From positions 5,890,001 through 5,954,000 of the forward strand of contig NC_043009.1 of NCBI RefSeq assembly GCF_006345805.1: a DNA stretch of 64,000 nt, written 5' to 3'. The translations under genes were made by a program, and so were the position numbers. Positions within the stretch are counted from its first letter, which is position 1, and every line of letters starts with the position of its first letter. Under the pieces are notes generated by a model. That model did no database searches and was not told the origin of the DNA. It saw only the letters and a program-made list of their open reading frames with translations. Positions 53,496 through 64,000 of this stretch are shown here, one piece after another. Source of the stretch: Octopus sinensis (Eukaryota).

Positions 53496-54870
53496 TCTCC
53501 ATAATTTATGTACTTTCTCTCATTAAGTTATACCCATATTGAGGGACTGGTTATAAAGTTCAACTGATATTTCTAGTAAATTTGGGATGATACAACGAGA
53601 AGAAAGATAAAAGCCGTATATTCTAATCGCGACGCATTTCGACCTTCAACCCACATCTTACGGGCGTCGAGAGGAAATGTGAAGCATCGTTAAGAACATC
53701 GAATTACAGGAATGTAATCTGTGAAGAAATGTGCATTTAAGAAATCTGTACCTCTTATCTATGGAACTTGGGAAAAAAAGTGGGAATTATTTTATATGTA
53801 CACAAGACTGGAAATATCTGCAATTTGGATTATGATACTTATAAGAACCGTATCAACAAGGAAATACTGAGAGACTTGAGGATGACCTCTAAGAATACCT
53901 TATTTAGTATTAATAAAATTGGGAAGAATAGTAAGTAAACTCGATTCGAAAACACAGAGCAGAAACTAATACCCTCAGTGTACTCAGAAATATACCCAGG
54001 TATCTTTGTAGCATAGAAGGGACATAGCTAGTCCAAATACATAAACTTTGCCATGTAGAAAAGTCTACGTGTCAAGATAATTTTCATATAAAAAAACTCC
54101 CTAAATCTTCGCAGCATCACGTTCATATTTCCGCGTATGTTACGTTTCTCAGGTAACGTTGGATTTCACATATATGAAGTTGTCTTTACTCTTTTACTCT
54201 TTTACTTGTTTCAGTCATTTGACTGTGGCCATGATGGAGCACCGCCTATAGCCGAGCAAATCGACCCCAGAACTTATTGTTTGTTAGCCTAGTAAATTTT
54301 TCTATCGGTCTCTTTTGCAGAACCGCTAATTTACGGGGACGTAAACACACCAGCGTCGGTTGTCAAGCGCTGTTGAGGGGACAAACACAGACACACAAAC
54401 ATACACACACACACACACATCTCAATTTATTTCTCTGTGTTTAGTTTCACTTTCCATCTCAATTTATTACTCTTTGTTTAGTTTCACTTTCCATTCGCAT
54501 TTATATATTCCTATAGATTTACTTTTCCAAAATACCAAGTTTTATAATATAATATACAGAGCTGATATAATTACGTTTTCATGAAAATGACACTAATATA
54601 AAATTTATAATTAAATAATTCTAAATGTGTATTTGTTGGTTATTGTTATTGCTCATAAATCAATATTTCTAATATTGTTCATTTCCATATGTGACTTTTC
54701 CTTCATGTATATGAGTATAATTCTGGTAATATATAATTTACCAAACTATAATTCGAGACAATCCAATTCAAATTTTCATGACGTAGACTGGTCATCATTA
54801 CATATTGTGCAACTCCTTCCATTTGATGTGAAATGACTACAAATTAATACCTGGTTTATAAAAAACATAG

Positions 54871-54933
<63 letters not shown>

Positions 54934-54954
54934 GTTTGGTGTGTATGTATATGC

Positions 54955-54994
<40 letters not shown>

Positions 54995-55784
54995 ACACAA
55001 ACAAAAACACAGGTATATGATTTTTTTTACGTCATCAGTTATTTATCGTATCTCCGTATTTTTTTTTTGGTTCACAATAAAGGCTCTCCTCACACTATAA
55101 ACATACCAATGGCCGCTGAATGATGTAATAATAGTCGCAAACTTCTTACTTGTATTTCTGGCAAGATCTTTTGATATGTTCTTCATCGTTCACATACAAG
55201 TCTTTTTTTGTGAAAACAGTATAACTGTTCTATATGGTATAACTGTTCTAAAAATGTCGTTAAAGTTAACAACCATGAAGCCTGGAACTGGCAATCCAGA
55301 CACTTATACAGGCAAAAAACAGGCGTCAAACAGGATATTTCGTCCTATTACAATATACTTTAAAATTGATGCTGATGTTGTTGTAAAAAACAAAATGACT
55401 AGTATAGTCTTTAGTATATTAGTATATTAGTAGATGTAGATGACGTAGTTTATGAATTCTAACGCTACTTATTCATTTACGTTCTTTCCACGTGATCAAA
55501 GTGCTTTAGTTAGAAAATTGTAAACCCGCCCACGGCACATGAATTGTAAAACGTATTACATCAACTTAGGATTTTTTTGCATCGTGCATTACTGCTTCCT
55601 ATTTACGTCAAAGTACTGACACCAAACGCACCTAATGTAACAGTAACGAATAACCAATAACTTTGTTTAGATTACACACTCACACGTACATACACACCAC
55701 ACACATAAATATAAATATATATATATATAATATATATATATATATTATATATATAATAACACATATAGGATAAGACGCAAAACA

Positions 55785-55960
55785 TCCGGAGTGTTAGGTG
55801 ATACAAACATGAGACAAAAGACATCCAGATAGACAATAAAAAGAAAACAAGGAGGGAAGGGGGGTCATTCGGAGTTTTCTGTCCTCAATCAAGTACCAGA
55901 TTATCTTCGCAATTACGGCTGAATCATCCATCTTGATGTTTTCCTGTCTCGATTTTGTAT
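55785..55960. repeat. Second short TA-anchored interspersed repeat family
   Basis: Shared GACAAGA..GCAAAACATC..TTAGGTGATACAAA..CCAGATAGAC motif with 40790-40905, 45250-45375 (inverted) and a fragment at ~59040-59090. Confidence 0.6.
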
Positions 55961-56077
55961 TTTATATATATATATATACACATAGATAGCGGCGTACGTA
56001 CACTTGCCTCTATCTCTCTCTCTCCCTCTGTATATATATATATCTATATATATCACTCGTATGCACCTACACATATA

Positions 56078-56140
<63 letters not shown>

Positions 56141-56143
<3 letters not shown>

Positions 56144-57063
56144 TAGATCATCCTATTGATAATGCGCTTTTTTCAATCCATGAACTAAAAGACGGTGGGG
56201 GAGGGAATATACTACCTGCATCAACTAGCTATGAAAGCAAGTAGTAATTTTACCTTGTGCTTATTGTTAGTGCAAGTTTTGAAGAGTGCAGTCCGGTTTG
56301 AACAGCTATTTTTTCAAACCTACACTGGAAGTGGCAAAGAAGCACATTCAACATAGTCTGCTTCATGTGTTCAATAAAAGCAACAATACAACGGAAAATG
56401 CAAGGAAAGTTAATGCAGTATATGGGGATTGGACTATAAGCGTAAGCCAGCATCAACGGTGGATCCAGAAATTCCGAGCCGGAAACTACAGACTAGAATA
56501 TTAGCAGCGTCCTCGAAGTTCTATAGATCTCGACGAGGATATTCTGCAAACCCTAGTGGAACAAAGTATCATTGTAACTCTGGTGGAATTAGTAGAGAAG
56601 CTTGGATTTGGTCATTCAACCATTCATCGAGACCAGCGCTAGAAGAAATACGACAACCAACTTTGGTTAGAAGACGAAAGGTGTTCTTCCACCACTGTAT
56701 AATGCTCGACCATATACAGCGAGGATGATATTCCAAAAGCTAGAGAAGTCTGTATGGGAAATTATGACCCTCCCAACATATTCGCCGCACATAGCTCCAT
56801 CTGATTATCATTTATTTCGCAGTCTTTAAATCGTTTTGACGGAAAAATGATGAATTCTGTAGACGAGGTCAGAACAGTACTGTAGGAGTATTTTTCGTCG
56901 CGGACAAATGAGCTTTGGAAGAGGGGCCTTCAAAAACCACCAGATACATGGAAGAGCATTCTAGAAAATGAAGGAATATACATTTTAGACTAAAAAAGAA
57001 TTTGTTTATTTAATTGAAAAGTAGAACGAGTATTAAACCAAAACGCATTACTTGAGGGATGAC

Positions 57064-57068
<5 letters not shown>
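56141..57068 (+). mobile_element. Decayed, internally deleted mariner (Tc1/mariner) DNA transposon
   Basis: HTH-like HIQHSLLHVFNKSNNTTENARKVNAVYG..QRWIQKFRAG (56286-56504); DEDILQTLVEQ..LVEKLGFGHSTIHR; YNARPY (cf. HDNARPH); YSPHIAPSDYHLFRSL at ~56779 (cf. YSPDLAPSDYHLF). Degenerate TIRs: TAGATCATCC..TAATGCG at ~56144 and CGCATTA..GGATGACCCA at ~57044-57066. TA tracts on both sides. Confidence 0.9.
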
Positions 57069-57125
<57 letters not shown>

Positions 57126-57586
57126 ATATATAATATATTATATGTCATGGGTTAGTTGTCCAAAACTGCTAGAATCAAATTTTAAAATCTTCTCAGATAT
57201 AATTGAAGTAATTAGGTATCTTCTCCATGCCCGGCCAGTAAGTTAACATTCGTTTCGTAACTATAAAGGCATTACCCAATGATAGGAGATCTCTCAGACG
57301 CGCTGGCCGGAGACACATAACTTCTCTAATAAAGGCACACAGACACACACACTCACACACAAACACATATACATACTCACACATAAGCATACACACACAT
57401 AAACACAGGCAGGCAACTTAGTAATATCCTCCCTTTAGATGCATAAATGTATTTCGTCTATATTGTTAAAGTTTCGAAATAACAACCACAGTCGGACGCA
57501 GACACACAACATACACATATATATCTATACACGCCTAACTTTATATATATATATAGAGATATATATATATATATAAACTATATCTG

Positions 57587-57621
<35 letters not shown>

Positions 57622-57691
57622 ATATATATATATATATTATACATCAATATATCTGTATCTATCTATTATTATATATAATATATTATATTAT

Positions 57692-57745
<54 letters not shown>

Positions 57746-57828
57746 CAATATATCTGTATCTATCTATCTATATATATATATATATATAAATATACATGCA
57801 TACATACACACACACACACTATATATAT

Positions 57829-57872
<44 letters not shown>

Positions 57873-57875
57873 TTG

Positions 57876-57909
<34 letters not shown>

Positions 57910-58596
57910 ATATATATATATATACTATTATATTCAGTAGTGCATTGATTTCTTCTCCTTACTCTCTGACAGTCTATACATTTATTTATTTGAAATTATA
58001 AACAAAGATTGAACGATCATAAGAAATTTCTCGTAGAAAGTTCATGAATAACCGATTCTGCATGCGTCCACTTATGTATGAATATTAATTTAAGACCACA
58101 AAACTGACTAAGACATTTATTCAATACAAATTGAATTTTACAATAATGAATGGCTCATATAAAACCCGAAATTCATGGGGAAAATTGTGTAAGCTCTTTA
58201 GAAGTCGGCCTATAAAATAATTGCTTATCATAATTAAGTAGATATAGAACAGAAAACATCGGCAATCGTAAGGACTAGTACAATATTAAAGCGATCGATA
58301 TTGTCTATGAAGCTTGTTATTGTCTAACTCATTAATATGATGATCAGCAAAAGTAAGCGAGATAGATAGAGACGAAAACTATTGGAAAAAGTGGCAGGAA
58401 ATATGGCGTCAATGATATATATGTAATCGAACAATTTGCGAAGCTTATATATTGCAAGATATATTTAGGTTCGTACGTCTATGTATGCTTATCTAACTAT
58501 CAGTATCTTAATCTGTGGTTCATAATATACACACGACATACATACACAGGCAGACAGACAAATACCACACACACATTCACGCCTATATATATATAG

Positions 58597-58627
<31 letters not shown>

Positions 58628-58774
58628 AATATATATATATACATACATATATACATAATACATATATGTGTACTTATATATATATGATTACACGTAAATA
58701 TGTTTGTGTGTCTATATACTGATATTATATATATATATACATATATATATATATAGATATATAGATATATATAC

Positions 58775-58812
<38 letters not shown>

Positions 58813-59117
58813 CGTGTCACTATTTTTATGTACATATAAGTATATGTATACATGCATACACACCGCTATATGTATTTTTACGTGGGTGTGTCTTTGTCCC
58901 ACTACTATCGCTTGACAAACGATGGTGGTGTGTTTACGTCCCCGTAACTTAAAATTTCTTCATGTAATATGTAATGAAATATTTTGCAAACCTTATATAT
59001 TTTAGGAAATATTTTGGTCGTACGTATATGTATGTTTATATCTAACTCTGCGTATCCGGAGTGAAAATATACAAACTTACGAACATACATACTACGTACA
59101 TCTATATATATATATAT

Positions 59118-59172
<55 letters not shown>

Positions 59173-59249
59173 AAATCTATATATACATACATACATACAT
59201 ACACATATATATATATATAACATACACACACACACACATATATATATAT

Positions 59250-59282
<33 letters not shown>

Positions 59283-59363
59283 CATACATACATACGTACA
59301 TATATACATATTAATTATATATATATATAATATATATAAATATATATATATATATATACATAC

Positions 59364-59412
<49 letters not shown>

Positions 59413-59460
59413 TATATATATTATATACATACATACATAATATATAATATATATATAATT

Positions 59461-59549
<89 letters not shown>

Positions 59550-60269
59550 CGGACAGTGGTACAACAATGCACCAATATTTACTGGAAATTGCAGACGATA
59601 ATACACGACGCTATAGTAAAGCTTCACTGTATATATTTTCTGGCAAAGACGTTGGCGGGTGGTGGACATAAAGAAATTTATCTTGCCTGTAGGAAAACAT
59701 TAAATAAATGGGTAACCCCATGTGGATAATATAGGATCTAGATTTCGAACTTTCCAAATTACGTTTGTTAACGTAAATTTGATTAGCTCTGTTCGGTTAC
59801 ATTCATTTTGACAAAGTTTCAAATGTCGCTACACGAACGCCAGTACTACATGTGTTAACGCCTAGTCGTTAACAGACCGAGAACAGTGAAAATGTTTTCA
59901 CAGCAAAAAATATTAAATAGTGCAATGTATTAGTATTGCTTCCCTGTAAAACAAAGCACCATCATGTTAAAGTATAAATATAGGATATTGGTACAACAAT
60001 TCACTACATTACATAGTTTTTATATATTTTTTCATATATTCTATATTGTGTTTGTCGAGCGGTTTCGCTTTGCTAATCATGACATTGAAATGTTTGTAAT
60101 TTTATATTTTCTTAAGAAAATGTTAGTCCATGGTGTATGAATATATGATTTATGATTATGAATAAATGATTTAACAAGTACAAAAATCTAAGGGTAGGTA
60201 ATTGATAATCTTTACTCTTGGGGACAGGGGAAGTAATTGTTTAAAAGCATTACCCAAACGAGCTCAACA

Positions 60270-60620
60270 GTAGTTTCAGAACTCATCCAAGGCTTAGATC
60301 ACAGGCCACACGTTCCCTACCAGTTCAGGATCACAACATATAAATATAATGCAGCACTATTTCTTTTCCTCAACTGGCCCTTCTGTTTAACAGGGTCCCG
60401 AATCAGATCAAAGAGGAAAAGGATCTCATCATATTTAAACAGAATCTGGACAAATTTCGTCAAGTAAAACCAGATAACCCAGCTATACCTAGAAACAACT
60501 CACTCAACAAGAACTCTCTACTCGAATAGAACATGATACCACAAGACTTGACTTAAAAAGGAGGTAGCTAATCCTATGAGGTCGTGCTCTTAAATTATAC
60601 AGTGCCTGACCCAATCTATG
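60270..60620 (+). mobile_element. 3' remnant of a CR1/L2-group LINE
   Basis: 60383-60529 translates LFNRVPNQIKEEKDLIIFKQNLDKFRQVKPDNPAIPRNNSLNKNSLLE*, resembling the LFN.LP..I...FK..LD.F..PD.P C-terminus of CR1-like ORF2; upstream sequence is frameshifted. Confidence 0.7.
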
Positions 60621-61051
60621 ATCGAACATATATAAGTTATATGTGTTTGTGTATAGATATATATATATATATAATTAAGGGCATATAAGAGATATCCCCA
60701 TGCTAGAGATAGCAGCCAAAATTTGATTCTAAAACGACATTAAATGTTTATACAGTAGCAGGAGAGAAGACAAAGAGACAAAGTAAACTAGCCAAAAATA
60801 AATTATTGGATTATTGAATATTTGTTAGTTTATTTTGCCTGTTTATCTTGTTTCCTGGAGCTGTATGAACATATAATGTGGTTTTAGAGTCAAGATTTGG
60901 CTGCCATATCTAGCATGGTGGTATATTTTAGATACCTTTAATTATAATTTAATAATAATTATTACCTATGAGGCTTTTATTCCAATGCAGGCCACCTGAT
61001 ATGATCGGTGTTTTAAATAACGATCTTATCCTTATTGATATAAATTTATAT

Positions 61052-61135
<84 letters not shown>

Positions 61136-61700
61136 ATGTGTGTGTGTGTGTGTTGTTTGTGTGTATGTCTGTGCCTGTGTGTGTGTATGTGTGTGTATCA
61201 AATCCATGTCCATGGGCTTGCAAATCAAGGATTTTCAACAGCGCACTACTACGTGATAAGATTTAGCGGAGAAATTCCATTTCCCTTAAGGAAAAAGTTT
61301 GCATTTTTAGTACAAACTGTCCTGAAAATCGTGTATAACATATCTTGTAATCATGAAAACCACAACAAACCTTGTAAAACACACAAACGAAACCTCTTTC
61401 AGCCACTCTTTATTTCTTTTTTGTTTTCTTTCTTTATTTCTGTATTTATTTATCTATTTATTTATCTCCATAGTCCCTCTCTCTGTCCCCTCCCTCCCAC
61501 ACATACACTCAAAGGTTGAAACACATAATCTCTCACACACACACATAAATCTATATATATATATATATATATGAATAAGATATAAAGATTTTATGTCATT
61601 TATATATATATAGAGAGAAAGAGTGTGTGTGTGTGTGAGAGAGAGAGATAGATAAATAGATACAGATATAGATATATAGATATATGTGTGTGTATATATA

Positions 61701-61740
<40 letters not shown>

Positions 61741-63404
61741 TAGATATTGATATAGATAGATAGATATATGTTATAAACGTGCATACTATACACATTTGTT
61801 TACACTATGTCTTTGATTCTACAGGTTTGTATACATTTCTGTACAACTATGTATGTTACTGGCATTTCTCATATGCGAAACGAAATACGCAATATTTATT
61901 TTTCTCTTTGGAAGGTGCTCTTCATGACAGCTGCAATAACACAACCTCAGTTTAATAGCAGTTCGTTTTTCACCATTGTTCTACAACGTTAAGATTTGAA
62001 AATCTAGAGCGTAAAATTTGGTTTTGTTCCATCTGAGTTCATATAATAAATGTTAGTGATATGTTGACGACAATAAATTCCATAATAGATAAGATTTGAA
62101 GTAAGAGACTAAATAAAATATTTTCTATTGTAAATAGCAATTAATTAACAGAAATATTCTATTCATCTAAGTTCTCTGTTGGATTTATCAACGAATCAAA
62201 AGCAGTAAATATTTGGCATCTCTATTATCTTAAAGTAATAATGATTTTTTAAATACAACAATATGGAATTGAACAGTAATAATTCAAATCTGGAAGAATG
62301 AACTGTCATGGAGATAATATCATTTTTTTTTATTGCAAATCATAATTCTTTCAAAATATTTAGATTAAGATATTCTGATATAATAGGGGAATTATAACAC
62401 ACTTGCAGAAATAGAGGAAGAACATATTCATTGACTTGAGGCAAAACTTTTAATCCATCATTTGCGTAATCAAATTCTAGTATTTCAGTCATTATTATTA
62501 TTCCATCGAATAATCATTTTATGATAAACCACCAATTTCACAGATTTATATCGTTATTTATAAAAGGTGATATAAGACCACACATTTCTTCAGGGCTTTC
62601 TAATTTAAATTAATCTGATCGAATATGTAGCATTTTATATCTAGTGCAGCCATGCTTTGAAATTTTCCAGGTGTGATCAAAACATCACTGTTCGCAAATG
62701 AAATATCTACATCATTTAACGCGTGTTTCCTTATGAAGTAATCGGGTAATATTTGCTAGTAGTGGTTGGTGGTTATTATGTAGACATTTGAGCGTCGGAT
62801 CAAAGTTGACCGTAGAAAATATATGCTTCGAAGTGTGAAATGAGATCCGAAACTAAAAGGCTTGACCTTTACATTTGTCGTGTATGTGTGTGGGTATTTG
62901 TCTCTTTCTGTGTGCACGTTTGTTTGTATGTGTATCTGTGTGTAAGCGCTTGCGTGTGTGTGTGTGTGTGTTTCGAGATATTCTACTGGCACTAACTTTG
63001 GTGAAAAATTACTTGTAAGAGAAAAATAGACAAAGGAATCATCATTGTTCTTGCGGCATATTGAACGCTTCTACGTAATTATCTCATGCAACTGGTCGAT
63101 GGTTTTCTCTGACTTATTTAAGACATTTTGAATTAAAATGAAGCTTCTTGATATTCTCTGAACAGAAACAGTTTATTGAATTATAAACCGATTTAATGTT
63201 TTCATATGCCATGTCCATGATATAACAACGATATATGCAGGCTACATAACTGTGAATATTATAAGTAATATTACAAATTGCAAAGATTATCTAACATCAA
63301 CTTTGTAGGCTCAGCGAATAAATATTAGAGTTATTATGATGCCTATGTTAAGGTTATTTTATCAAAATTATTTTGTTTGGATATAGTGTTGTGTTTCAAT
63401 ATTC

Positions 63405-63820
63405 TTTTCTACTCTAGGCATGAGGCCCGAAATTTTGGGGAGGGGGCAAGTCGATTAGATCGATCCAATAGGTAACTGGTACTTAATTTACCGACCTCGA
63501 AAGGATGAAAGGCAAAGTTGACCTCGGCAGAATTTGAACTAGAACGTAAAAACAGACGAGATACTTATTTCTTTACTACCCACAAGGGGCTAAACACAGA
63601 GAGGACAAACAAGGACAGACAAACGGATTAAGTCGATTATATCGACCCCAGTGCGTAACTGGTACTTAATTTATCGACCCCGAAAGGATGAAAGGCAAAG
63701 TCGACGTGACTTTGCCTTTCATCCTCTGTCGGCAAAATTTGAACTCAGAACGTAAAAACAGACGAAATACTGTTAAGCATTTCGCCCGGCATGCTAACAT
63801 TACTGTCAGCTCGCCACCTT
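63405..63820 (-). mobile_element. SINE family 1 concatemer, with a plus-strand fragment at ~63895-64000
   Basis: Two bodies joined through the AAAGAAAT tail junction at ~63565. Confidence 0.85.
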
Positions 63821-64000
63821 TGTTGTGTTTCAATATTAATACACACAAGGCCGTTGAGCTTTCATAATCTTTACTGCGCGGGAAAAATGCCTATCGGAGT
63901 TATGCCCGTCTTTAGGTTCTGAGTTCAAATTCTGCCGAGATCTACTTTGCCTTTTAATTTTCGGGGTAGATAAGATGAGTACCAGTTGATCAGTGGGGTT

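Overview
This is AT-rich eukaryotic DNA saturated with microsatellites and retroposons, with no long host ORF. It is most likely intronic or intergenic Octopus (coleoid cephalopod) sequence; that assignment is inferred from my recognition of the tRNA-derived SINE families and not from a search. Most entries in the ORF track are simple-repeat artefacts. The standout is an apparently very young ~2 kb Penelope-like element (PLE) at 10622-12582, sitting between (TA)n tracts. It has one intact 277-aa ORF ending in a GIY-YIG endonuclease with no reverse transcriptase. The ORF is bracketed by an identical 242-bp inverted repeat, and each arm carries a complete type I hammerhead ribozyme with a palindromic stem III and an unusually long stem II. 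A second PLE 3' end at ~33310-33745 carries a minimal hammerhead with a compensatory U3-A8 core, and at least five more degenerate hammerhead motifs occur in small TA-anchored repeats. Also present: a Dong/R4-type LINE 3' end duplicated across a 100-N gap (probable assembly artefact), a decayed mariner, a CR1-like LINE tail, two non-autonomous rolling-circle (Helitron-type) elements, many SINEs including concatemers and a head-to-head inverted pair, small foldbacks, and a few weak candidate host exons.
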